Under the pieces are notes generated by a model, which was not told the DNA's origin, ran no database searches, and saw nothing but the letters and a program-made list of their open reading frames with translations. This document shows positions 43,530 through 54,244 of a stretch of DNA of 64,000 nt, in pieces. A program made the position numbers and the translations under genes. How positions within the stretch are numbered: the stretch's first letter is position 1; every line of letters starts with the position of its first letter. Origin of the DNA: Gemmatimonadota bacterium (GTDB lineage: Bacteria; Gemmatimonadota; Gemmatimonadetes; Palauibacterales; Palauibacteraceae); the NCBI GenBank assembly GCA_039584255.1, contig JBDGYE010000002.1, positions 1,917 to 65,916 on the forward strand, written 5' to 3'.

Positions 43530-44392
43530 GCAGCGGCGCCGTGACGCGCGTCTGCGGCGTGCAGTACGCCCCCACGCTGGCCCACTTGGAGGCGAACACG
43601 CTCGACGTGTGCCGCGAGATCTCCGAGGCGGCCGCCGAGGGTGCTTCCCTGGTGGTCCTCCCCGAAGCGGCCCTGACCGGCTACGTGTTTCACGACAGGG
43701 AATCGGCACTGGCCGCGGCAGTGGCGGCCGATGGGCCGGAGCTGGAGGCGGTCGCGGAGACCTGCCGCTCCGCCGGAACGTACGCCGTGGTGGGGGCCAT
43801 AGAGCGCGACGGCGAGGAGCTCCACAACTCCGCATTCCTGTTGGGTCCCGCAGGACCCGTCGGCCGGTACCGGAAGCTCCACACCCTCTGCCTCGGAGTG
43901 GATCGCTTCACGACGCCCGGTACCGAGCCCCTCGCCGTCTACAAGCTTCCGTTCGGCCGGATCGGGCTCAACATCTGCTACGACGGGACCTTTCCCGAGA
44001 CGGCCCGGGGGCTGAAGCTTCTCGGGGCGCAGCTGATACTCCTGCCCACCAACTGGCCCACACTGGAGATTCGGCCCTCGCAGGTTCGTATCCGCGCCTG
44101 GGAGAACCACGTCAACTACTTCGCGGTGAACCGGGTCGGCACGGAGGAAGGCGTGGAGTTCGGAGGCGGTAGCCTGGCGGCGGATCCCCGCGGGAAGCTG
44201 CTCGCCGAGGGAGGGATCGGACCGGAGAGGATCCACATCGAGTTCGACCTGCCGGATGCGGATCTGTCCTATGTCGTCGCCGAAGAGGGGAAGTACGAAT
44301 TCGACTACATCGCGGATCGCAGGCCCGATTCATATGCCCCGCTGGTCGAGCCGCCAAAGCACGGTCGCCCGAGCGGCAGCAGGAGTGCTTGA
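43526..44392 (+). CDS. Carbon-nitrogen hydrolase family protein (nitrilase/amidase superfamily)
   Basis: Glu-Lys-Cys triad contexts VVLPEAALTGY, YRKLH and LNICYDGTFPE. Start reset to GTG 43526. Confidence 0.85.
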   Translation: MSSGAVTRVCGVQYAPTLAHLEANTLDVCREISEAAAEGASLVVLPEAALTGYVFHDRESALAAAVAADGPELEAVAETCRSAGTYAVVGAIERDGEELHNSAFLLGPAGPVGRYRKLHTLCLGVDRFTTPGTEPLAVYKLPFGRIGLNICYDGTFPETARGLKLLGAQLILLPTNWPTLEIRPSQVRIRAWENHVNYFAVNRVGTEEGVEFGGGSLAADPRGKLLAEGGIGPERIHIEFDLPDADLSYVVAEEGKYEFDYIADRRPDSYAPLVEPPKHGRPSGSRSA

Positions 44393-44455
44393 CCCCGGCT
44401 CCGCCCGGGCGACCAGATCTGCCGGACTCTTCTCGTTACGCCGCTAGCTGCTCAC

Positions 44456-44773
44456 TCAGGTCGGGAGCAGGCTGGAGTACCACCGCCGCTCGTGGATCGG
44501 GGGGAGGGTCGGTGGTGGCTCGGGAGCTTCGCGCGCCTTCAGCGATCCGGGCGTGAGACGCACATCCTCGATTCCCAGTTCGTGGCAGGAACACGGCCTT
44601 TCTGCCGGCTCGACCTCGAGCACGAGCGGCGCAGCGGCAGGGTAACTGGCGACCTCAGGCAACACGGACTCGGTTCTGGCCTCGATCCCTTCGACGGTGA
44701 ACCCGGCGATCAGCAACACCGCCAGCGTCGCCGCCATTCCCAGGATCTCCTCAATCTCCACTCGCCCTATCAT
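44456..44773 (-). CDS. Hypothetical small membrane protein (105 aa)
   Basis: ATG 44773 is 8 nt after GGAGG. One TM (AATLAVLLIAGF). Proline-rich C-terminus. Confidence 0.4.
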   Translation of the reverse strand: MIGRVEIEEILGMAATLAVLLIAGFTVEGIEARTESVLPEVASYPAAAPLVLEVEPAERPCSCHELGIEDVRLTPGSLKAREAPEPPPTLPPIHERRWYSSLLPT

Positions 44774-45045
44774 GCTCCTCACCTCCCCACTTCCTCCGGG
44801 CGTTTCGGGCTTCTCCTTCTTCTCCCTCGTCTCATTACCGTCTGGGCGGCTCGACTACCGGTCTCATTTCATTGGACATCACAAACGGTCCGAACGTTGG
44901 TTCACACTACGAGTCGCGCGTGTCGAGGGTTTCGGCAGTGCCGAGTCAAGAAGGCGTCCCCAGCAATGCGAAGACGGCCGCCGCGCGAGTGCGACGGCCG
45001 TCCCTCGGCCGGCCTGGAGCGGCCCGGCAGGTCACTGCAGGGCTG

Positions 45046-45735
45046 CTAGAAAGCCTCAGCCCACTTCTTGACCTCGCGGCCGAAGTCCTCGAGCGCCTTG
45101 AAGAACGGCGCCGGACCGCCGAGCGCCTTCGCCAGCTGGTCACCCACCGCTTCCCAGTTGACCAGGTTCCAGAACGCCTCGATGTACTCCGGCCGCCGGT
45201 TCTGGTACTTGAGGTAGTAGGCGTGTTCCCAGACGTCGAGGCCCACGATGGGCACGAAGCCCTGCATGAGAGGACTGTCCTGGTTGGCCGTCGAGAAGAC
45301 CTTGAGCTCGCCGAAGGACGAGAGAGCCAACCACGCCCACCCGGAGCCGAAGCGCGTCGCGGCCGCGTTCGAGAAGGCTTCCGTGAAGCCCTCGAACGAG
45401 TCGAACGCGTCATCGATCAGGTCGCCGAGCGCTCCCTCCGGCGCGCCGCCCCCGCCAGGGGCGATTGTCTGCCAGAACAGCTTGTGGTTGGCGAAGCCGC
45501 CGCCGTTGTTGCGCACGGCGGTCTGGATCTGCTCCGGCAGCGAGTGAACCGACCACAGGAGCTGCTCGGCCGTGTAGCTGTGAAGATCCGCGTGGCCCTC
45601 GAGCGCCATGTTGAGCTTGCTCGTGTAGCCTGCGTGGTGCTTGGAGTGGTGAATCTCCATGGTCGTCGCGTCGAAGTGGGGCTCGAGCGCGTCGTAGTCG
45701 TAGCCCAGCTTGGGCACCTCGAACGGGTACGGCAT
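45046..45735 (-). CDS. sodA: Superoxide dismutase, Mn-type signature, with a C-terminal extension
   Basis: HHSKHH, NNGGGFANHKLFW, STANQDSPLM and DVWEHAYYLKYQNRRPEY. ATG 45735 is 6 nt after AAGGAG. About 25 residues beyond the canonical end. Confidence 0.92.
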   Translation of the reverse strand: MPYPFEVPKLGYDYDALEPHFDATTMEIHHSKHHAGYTSKLNMALEGHADLHSYTAEQLLWSVHSLPEQIQTAVRNNGGGFANHKLFWQTIAPGGGGAPEGALGDLIDDAFDSFEGFTEAFSNAAATRFGSGWAWLALSSFGELKVFSTANQDSPLMQGFVPIVGLDVWEHAYYLKYQNRRPEYIEAFWNLVNWEAVGDQLAKALGGPAPFFKALEDFGREVKKWAEAF

Positions 45736-45820
45736 CACTGACTCCTTGCTGACTATGTCGGATACGGCTCAGGCGCCCAAGCTCGACTAAGGAAGCGCCA
45801 GCCACAAGTCTCGCGGGCGG

Positions 45821-47320
45821 TCACCCCTCGGACAGGCTCAAGGTCACCTCGATGCGACGGTTACGGCGACGCCCGTCCTCCGTGTTGTTGGGTGCGACAG
45901 GCCGGCTCTCGCCGAAACCGACGGCCGTGATCCGTTCCGCGCTCAGCGCCATGTTGGCCAGCACGTACTCACGCACCGCTATCGCACGCCGCCGGCTCAG
46001 AGCCTGATTCGAGGCCTCGTTGCCCACGGAGTCGGTATGTCCTTCCACCGTTATCGCTGCCTCGGGGAACTCACGGATGACCCTCTGCACCTTGGTGAGC
46101 AGCGAGAAGTTCTCCGGCTTGATCTCATCGGAGCCCGAGTCGAAGGTGAGCCCGTGAAGGCGAATGATCAGGATACCCTGCCCGAGCAGGACCTCCGCTT
46201 CCTCCGGCGCGAAGACAGCCTGAACCTCGCGCAGTCTCCGTTCCCGCCGCTCGCGATCCCTGAGCTCCGCCGCAACCGTGGCTTCACGCTGCTCGAGTGC
46301 CGCCAGCGCCGCGTCGAGCGAATCCACCAGGCCCTCCAGGCGCCCGATCTCTCTGGACCGGGCCGCTACGTCGTCCTCCAGGCCCGCGCGGTCTTCGTAC
46401 AGGCCCTGGATGGCGACGAGCGTCTGGTCGGTGACAGGCGTGTAGCCGGCCGCGAAGTGCGCGGCGAAGCCCAGCTCTTCCGCGATCCTGGCGAGCTCCG
46501 TCTCAACCCTCAGGGTGAGCGCCTCGACCGTGAGCGTCTTCCGGTTCACGCTGTCGACGACTGTCGCTAATAGCGTGGAGTGCGCATACTCCCCGGCGGC
46601 GGCCTCCGCGAGCACCCTTGCCTCCGCCCGCTCGTAGCGGTCGCCCCGAAGGACCTGTTCCGCGCGAACCAGGAGGGAATCCGCCCGGGCGTTGGTGAGA
46701 GGCGCGCGCTCGTGAGCCTTGGCCCGTTGCGCCGTCTCGCGCTCGGCGCGGGCCCGGCCCAGCAGATCGGTGCGGATGGCGTTCAGCTCGGCCAGACGGA
46801 ACTCCTCTTCCGCCCTTTGGGCGCGATCCCGAGCTCCGTTCTGGTCATTGCTCTCGACCCGGCGGCCGGCATCGCGGATCGTCCTCTCACCTTTCTCCCA
46901 GTCCGAGGCCGCGTAGTCCGGAGCATTCGCGGCGGCCGCGTCGTCGCGAGCCTGGAGTGCGTCGCGCAGAAGCACGAGCCCGATCTCCTGGAGAGCCTCC
47001 GCCTGGTCCAGCTCTCCGGCCGCGTCGCCGAGCCGGCGCTCGATGTCCTCGATCCTGCCTCCCTGCTCGTACCGTTGCCTCGCTTCATCGACACGCTGCG
47101 AGGCGCGGTCGAAGTGGCGGGGGGATATGATGTCCAGGTGCTCGGACTGAGCTCGTGCAAGCCGGTCCAAGACGTCCTCGATCTGCCGCTCCACACTCTG
47201 CGCTGCCGCCGGAGCCGCCGTGAGAGCCGCTAGCCCTGCGAAGACGATGGCCAGCGACGGCGCCCGAATGGCCGACCGGAGCCCTCGGCCCCGGATCGCT
47301 CTCGTGATCCTCTGTCGCAT
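45821..47320 (-). CDS. OmpA-family protein with a long coiled-coil N-terminal region
   Basis: Signal peptide. About 380 aa of Arg/Glu/Ala-rich helices. C-terminal OmpA_C motif EGHTDSVGNEASNQALSRRRA. Confidence 0.88.
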   Translation of the reverse strand: MRQRITRAIRGRGLRSAIRAPSLAIVFAGLAALTAAPAAAQSVERQIEDVLDRLARAQSEHLDIISPRHFDRASQRVDEARQRYEQGGRIEDIERRLGDAAGELDQAEALQEIGLVLLRDALQARDDAAAANAPDYAASDWEKGERTIRDAGRRVESNDQNGARDRAQRAEEEFRLAELNAIRTDLLGRARAERETAQRAKAHERAPLTNARADSLLVRAEQVLRGDRYERAEARVLAEAAAGEYAHSTLLATVVDSVNRKTLTVEALTLRVETELARIAEELGFAAHFAAGYTPVTDQTLVAIQGLYEDRAGLEDDVAARSREIGRLEGLVDSLDAALAALEQREATVAAELRDRERRERRLREVQAVFAPEEAEVLLGQGILIIRLHGLTFDSGSDEIKPENFSLLTKVQRVIREFPEAAITVEGHTDSVGNEASNQALSRRRAIAVREYVLANMALSAERITAVGFGESRPVAPNNTEDGRRRNRRIEVTLSLSEG

Positions 47321-47341
47321 GACTCCCCCAATCTTTGTCGC

Positions 47342-47902
47342 TCAATCCACGGCGAGCGCGCTGAGGAACTCGCGAAGCGTCGTCTCACCGCCGTCCTTCG
47401 CATACCAGCGGCGCGTGTCTCTGTAGATCTCCGACGACGGCCTCTCGCCCGCCCTCTTCGCCCGGATCACGAACTCCTGGAGCTCGGCCGGCCGCGGACC
47501 CCAGCGCGCGACGGGCCGGAAGTACTCGTCGAGCGTGATCACCACAGGGATCGACCGACTGCCATTTGTAAGGTACTGGTCCATGAGCTCCGGGTTGTCG
47601 TCGCGCTTGAGGATGCGCAGCTTGACGTGAGGCGAGGCCTCCTCCAGCCGGGCGAAGATTGGCACCAGGTTCGAGGCGTCCCCGCACCAGTCTTCCGCCA
47701 GGACGAGCACCTTCCAGTCCTTCCCGGTCTCCGCCAGCCGTTCGACGGCCCAGTCCGGGATCCGCGTCTTTCGGTACACGCCCTGCCATAGCTCGAGATG
47801 CTCCTCGATTTCCTCGCCGAGGTAGCGGTTCCAGGGGATGCCCTCCAGCCAGTAGCGCTCGAGCCCGCTTTCCGTGTCGCGTACCGTTTCTATTCCCGTC
47901 AT
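47342..47902 (-). CDS. Thioredoxin-fold protein (Thioredoxin_9-like)
   Basis: LAEDWCGDASNLVPIFARL motif. Start reset to ATG 47902. Confidence 0.75.
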   Translation of the reverse strand: MTGIETVRDTESGLERYWLEGIPWNRYLGEEIEEHLELWQGVYRKTRIPDWAVERLAETGKDWKVLVLAEDWCGDASNLVPIFARLEEASPHVKLRILKRDDNPELMDQYLTNGSRSIPVVITLDEYFRPVARWGPRPAELQEFVIRAKRAGERPSSEIYRDTRRWYAKDGGETTLREFLSALAVD

Positions 47903-48013
47903 CGCCGGTAGCCTTCTCGTTGACAAGCCAGTAGGATGGGAGACTGCAGCGAGGGCCGGTCTCAGCTGCTCAAGATAGCCGGCCGGCAGCCACAAGAAAC
48001 CCCGCGGCGGACC

Positions 48014-48071
48014 GTTCCGTTCCCGGAGTTCCGTTCCCCGAACAGACAACGTTTAGGGGTTCCCGTGGAAC
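48014..48071 (+). repeat. GTTCC pentamer array in the pruA upstream region (candidate regulator sites)
   Basis: GTTCC at 48014, 48019, 48028, 48033 and 48059, with inverted GGAAC at 48067-48071. The 10-mer TTCCGTTCCC occurs twice (48015-48024, 48029-48038). Confidence 0.4.
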
Positions 48072-48140
48072 GCGCTCTGCGCCGCCAAGGCTGCTTGGAA
48101 GCCGGATCGAAACCTTACTCGTCCGCGGAGAAGAAAGACG

Positions 48141-49991
<1,851 letters not shown>

Positions 49992-50025
49992 TGGCTCACG
50001 ACCCTCAACGTAGAGAGCAACCACG

Positions 50026-51954
50026 ATGACGCTTCCACGGCCCTCCTATGCCTCCATGATCCTTGGCGCAGCCTGCCTGGTCCTCGGGATGCACAGCCCG
50101 GCCGTGGCCCAGGACTTCGGCAACGCCGAGGAGTTCGCGGCCGGCACTCTGAAGAACAAGGAGTACTCTCCGTACGCCGGCCGGGGATACCCGACGCAGG
50201 TGTTCTGGGGCGACACGCACCTCCACACCAACCTCTCCGTGGACGCGGGCATGTTCGGGAACCGGCTGGGCCTGGACGAGGCCTACCGGTTCACCCGCGG
50301 CGAGGAGGTGGTCACGTCCCATGGCTTGCGCGCGCGGCTGTCCCGGCCGCTCGACTTCGTGGTCGTCGCGGACCACTCCGACGGGTACGGGATGTTCGCC
50401 AAGATAGTGGCGGGGGATCCCGAGCTGATGAAGGACGAGACGGCCAGACGGTGGAACCGGATGTTCAGCGAGGGCGGCCAGTCGGCGGTGGAAGCGACGC
50501 TGGAGCTCATCGATCTGTTCTCGAAAGGGGAGATGCCGTTCCCCATCAACGCCCCGGAGTCCATAGGGCCCGTGTGGGACGACGTCCTCGGGGCGGCCGA
50601 GAAGTACAACGAGCCGGGCGTGTTCACGGCGTTCATCGGGTACGAGTGGACGTCGCTGGCGCCGCCCGGAAACAACCTGCACCGGGTCCTCGTGTACCGC
50701 GATGACGCGACCCGCGCCGGCCAGAAGCTCCCCATGACGACGGAGACGAGCATCGACCCGGAGGATCTGTGGGGCTACATGGCTGACTACGAAGCGAAAA
50801 CCGGCGGCAAGGTCCTCGCGATTCCGCACAACGGAAACCTGTCGAACGGGATGATGTTCGACATCGAGAACATGGACGGGAACCCGCTCACCCGTGCCTA
50901 CGCCGAGACGCGTGATCGCTGGGAGCCGGTATACGAGGTGACCCAGATCAAGGGCGACGGGGAGGCGCACCCGCTGCTCTCTCCCGACGACGAGTTCGCG
51001 GATTACGAGAACTGGGACCTCGGCAACCTGAACCTGAGCCAGGCGAAGACCGAGGACATGCTGCAGTATGAGTACGGGCGGTCGGCACTCAAGCTTGGCC
51101 TGCAGCTCGAGGCCCGGCTCGGCGTGAACCCGTTCCAGTTCGGGATGATCGGCTCGACGGACTCGCACACGTCCCTGCCGACTGCCGAGGAGGAAAATTT
51201 CTTCGGCAAGCACTCCGGGAACGAGCCCAGTCCGGAGAGGGCCTCACACGTCTCGATAGGGGCGCCGGACGGAAGCCTTGCCTACATGGGTTGGGACATG
51301 GTCTCGTCCGGCTACGCCGCCGTGTGGGCGACCGAGAACACGCGTGAGGCGATCTGGGACGCGATGATGCGGCGCGAGGTGTACGCGACGACGGGCTCCC
51401 GTATGCTGATCCGGTTCTTCGGCGGGTTCGAGTTCACCGAGGCGGACGCGCGGAGCCGCTTCCCCGGGCAGGCCGGCTACTCGAAGGGCGTGCCGATGGG
51501 CGGCGAGCTGTCGCGCCCCTCGTCGGGGGTGGCCCCGTCGTTCCTGGTGGCGGCCCTGAAGGATCCGTTCGGCGGCAACCTCGACCGCATCCAGGTCGTG
51601 AAGGGGTGGCTGGATTCGAGCGGCGCTCTCCAGGAACGGGTGTACGACGTGGCGGTGTCGGACGGCCGCGAAATAGGGCCCGACGGCCGCGCGCGGCAGG
51701 CGGTGGGTAACACGGTAGACGTCGACAACGCCACCTGGCTCAACACGATCGGCGATCCCGAGCTCATCGCGGTGTGGCAGGACCCGGACTTCGACGCCTC
51801 GGAGCGCGCCTTCTACTACGCCCGGGTGATCGAGATCCCGACGCCGCGCTGGACGGCGTACGACGCGTTCCGGTTCGGTATCGACATGCCGGATGAGGTG
51901 GAGATGACGACGCAGGAGCGCGCCTACACTTCGCCGATCTGGTACACTCCGTAG
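50026..51954 (+). CDS. Secreted DUF3604-family protein (PHP-like metal-dependent hydrolase fold)
   Basis: Signal peptide ACLVLGMHSPAVAQD. FWGDTHLHTNLSVDAG and VVADHSDG are metal-binding-like motifs typical of DUF3604 as I recall it. Confidence 0.85.
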   Translation: MTLPRPSYASMILGAACLVLGMHSPAVAQDFGNAEEFAAGTLKNKEYSPYAGRGYPTQVFWGDTHLHTNLSVDAGMFGNRLGLDEAYRFTRGEEVVTSHGLRARLSRPLDFVVVADHSDGYGMFAKIVAGDPELMKDETARRWNRMFSEGGQSAVEATLELIDLFSKGEMPFPINAPESIGPVWDDVLGAAEKYNEPGVFTAFIGYEWTSLAPPGNNLHRVLVYRDDATRAGQKLPMTTETSIDPEDLWGYMADYEAKTGGKVLAIPHNGNLSNGMMFDIENMDGNPLTRAYAETRDRWEPVYEVTQIKGDGEAHPLLSPDDEFADYENWDLGNLNLSQAKTEDMLQYEYGRSALKLGLQLEARLGVNPFQFGMIGSTDSHTSLPTAEEENFFGKHSGNEPSPERASHVSIGAPDGSLAYMGWDMVSSGYAAVWATENTREAIWDAMMRREVYATTGSRMLIRFFGGFEFTEADARSRFPGQAGYSKGVPMGGELSRPSSGVAPSFLVAALKDPFGGNLDRIQVVKGWLDSSGALQERVYDVAVSDGREIGPDGRARQAVGNTVDVDNATWLNTIGDPELIAVWQDPDFDASERAFYYARVIEIPTPRWTAYDAFRFGIDMPDEVEMTTQERAYTSPIWYTP

Positions 51955-51992
51955 CCCGCGACATGGCTTTCGCGCGACAACCGCAGCTTGCA

Positions 51993-52015
51993 GCCGGAGG
52001 CGATCCGCGCCTCCG
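51993..52015 (+). terminator. Hairpin between the DUF3604 gene and the membrane-protein gene (terminator/attenuator candidate)
   Basis: CCGGAGGCG (51993-52001), 5-nt loop, CGCCTCCGG (52007-52015), followed by TTGGGCTTCC. Confidence 0.4.
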
Positions 52016-52048
52016 GTTGGGCTTCCGCGCCACCGAGCGTCGTCAGAA

Positions 52049-54244
52049 GTGAGAACGATTCTGCTCGCCGGAGTCCTGGCCGGAGCCGCCCTTCTGCCCG
52101 CGCTGGCCCTGGCCGATGTCGGCCCGCCGGCGCACATGCAGGTCACGGAGCGGGAGCCCGGCCTGTACACCGTGCAGTGGCGAGTGCCCAAGGCGCTACC
52201 GCCCCGCGCCGTTCCGGTCCCGGTGTTTCCCGAGAGCTGCGAGCCGACGGGCGATCGGGCCGTTGTCGACGGCCCCGGCGCCTGGCTGTTCGAGCAAGAC
52301 TGGCGCTGCGACACCAGCCTGGCTGGGCAGACGATCGCCATGCGCTACCCGTTTCCGGATCTCGCTCTGACCACCGTGGTACGCGTGGATCTCCTGTCGG
52401 GGGACCGGTTCGCGCACGTTCTCACGCCGGGCGAAGGACCGTGGCGTCTTCCCGAGGGGACTGCGGCGCCGGACCTCGTGCTGCGTGCCCAGAGGGCCGT
52501 GCTCGCCGGGCTGTCGCACACGGCACGCTGGGCGCACCTGGTCTTCGTCGTCGTGCTCGGCCTTCTGAGCGGATTCCGCCAGCCGGTGCGGCTCGTCACC
52601 GCGTTCACGTTCGGCCAGGTCGCCGGCGCCGCGCTCGCCGCGGCGACCGGGGCCGGCCTCGGTTCGGCGCCCGCTGAGATCGGCTTCGCCCTCGCCACGG
52701 CGCTGCTCGCCAGGGAGGTGCTTCGCCCGTCCGAGGAGCGCCGGCGGCTCCCGGTTCTGGCCGCATCCGCCGGTCTCGTTCACGGGCTGGGCATCGCCGC
52801 CCTTACCGCCCCTGATCTGGGCGATGCCGGCTCAGGCCTGGCGTCGCAATTGCTGGCGATCCTGGGAATGGATGCGGCTCACGTCGTGGGTGCGGTCGGC
52901 CTCGCAGCGGCGAGCGGTTGGCTGGCCCGTCGCTCCGCCGCCGTTCCGAGTCGAAAGGGCTTCGCGTACGCCGGCGGTGCAGCCGGGATGGCGTTGGCGA
53001 TCGCGATGGCCGTTGGGGGAGAGGCACCGGTGGCTGGTGCCGTCGCCTCCTCTATCACGCCTCCCGGAGCCTCGACCACAGAGCCCGGCATGTCAGTGGC
53101 AGGATCCAGGCGCGTTGCGCCGGCAGCCCCCGACGCGCCGATTCAGAGCTTTCTGACCGTGGAGCCGTTTGAGGTGCGGCACGAAGCGATGCTTCGCCTG
53201 GCAGGTCTGGCACCGGAGCTGGGTCTCGCCCCGGACTCGATACTGCCGATCGCTTCCCAGTCCGCGGTAACCGAGCGTCTGACGGAGCTGGTCCTCTCCG
53301 GGACAACCGTGCGGGTCGACGGCGAAAGCCCACCGCCCCTCATCCGGAGGGTCGATTTCATGACGGTCGATCCCACCGGAGCTCTGCCACGTCCTGCCCC
53401 GGTTCCCGAGGCAATTGGCAAGGCAGTGGTCGGCCTGGTGATCGCTTATCCCACACAGGGAATGGCCGACGAGGTCAGGCTGGCCTGGGGCCAGTTGCCG
53501 ACCGCGGTGACCACCATCCCGGCGACCGTGATCGATCCGGAATCCGTCGCCTCCCGCTCGTTGACGGAGAGCGAGCCGTCGCTGGTGTGGGAGAACGCTC
53601 TGGTGGAGGATCCGATCCCGACCGTTGCCGCGGTTGAGGTGGAGCCGCTGAGGCTTCCGCTTCCGGTGATCTCGCTGCCCCTGCTGGCGCTTTCGGCCGT
53701 GCTGCTGGTCACCGGGATGCGGGGCCGCCGACGGGCGGCCTGCCTGGTAGCGTCGCGCCTGCTCCTCGCCCTCGCCTTCGTCGTGGGGCCGCTGGTGCAG
53801 ACCGCCGTGGCCCTACCGGGATCGCCGGGCCGGATTCCGTCCGAACGCCAGGCACGGCGAATCCTGTCGGGGCTGCTGCCCAACATATATCGGGCGCTGG
53901 AGTACCGTGACGAGGCGACGATCTACGACCGACTCGCGGTGAGCGTAACCGGAGAGACGCTGACCGAGGTGTACCTGGAGCAGCGCCGGGCCCTCGAGAT
54001 CGAGGAGCGGGGCGGAGCCCAGGCCCGGGTGGAGGCCGTGGAGGTAACGGAGGCGCGGGAGATCGAATCGCGTGATGTGGGCTTTGGCGTCCGATCGACC
54101 TGGACCGTCGGCGGAATGGTGACCCACTTCGGACACCGGCACTTCCGGCAGAGCCGCTACGAGGCCAGGATTGGAATCGTCCCCGTTGAAGGGACCTGGA
54201 AGATCGGGTCGATAGAAGTGCTCGAGCAGGAGAGAGTTCGATGA
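52049..54244 (+). CDS. 731-aa multi-domain membrane protein with a HupE/UreJ-like TM core
   Basis: GTG start. Signal peptide. Soluble domain of about 130 aa. TM bundle beginning AGLSHTARWAHLVFVVVLGLL (HupE_UreJ_2-like). Middle domain. Two more TM helices. C-terminal alpha+beta domain of about 125 aa. Confidence 0.8.
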   Translation: MRTILLAGVLAGAALLPALALADVGPPAHMQVTEREPGLYTVQWRVPKALPPRAVPVPVFPESCEPTGDRAVVDGPGAWLFEQDWRCDTSLAGQTIAMRYPFPDLALTTVVRVDLLSGDRFAHVLTPGEGPWRLPEGTAAPDLVLRAQRAVLAGLSHTARWAHLVFVVVLGLLSGFRQPVRLVTAFTFGQVAGAALAAATGAGLGSAPAEIGFALATALLAREVLRPSEERRRLPVLAASAGLVHGLGIAALTAPDLGDAGSGLASQLLAILGMDAAHVVGAVGLAAASGWLARRSAAVPSRKGFAYAGGAAGMALAIAMAVGGEAPVAGAVASSITPPGASTTEPGMSVAGSRRVAPAAPDAPIQSFLTVEPFEVRHEAMLRLAGLAPELGLAPDSILPIASQSAVTERLTELVLSGTTVRVDGESPPPLIRRVDFMTVDPTGALPRPAPVPEAIGKAVVGLVIAYPTQGMADEVRLAWGQLPTAVTTIPATVIDPESVASRSLTESEPSLVWENALVEDPIPTVAAVEVEPLRLPLPVISLPLLALSAVLLVTGMRGRRRAACLVASRLLLALAFVVGPLVQTAVALPGSPGRIPSERQARRILSGLLPNIYRALEYRDEATIYDRLAVSVTGETLTEVYLEQRRALEIEERGGAQARVEAVEVTEAREIESRDVGFGVRSTWTVGGMVTHFGHRHFRQSRYEARIGIVPVEGTWKIGSIEVLEQERVR

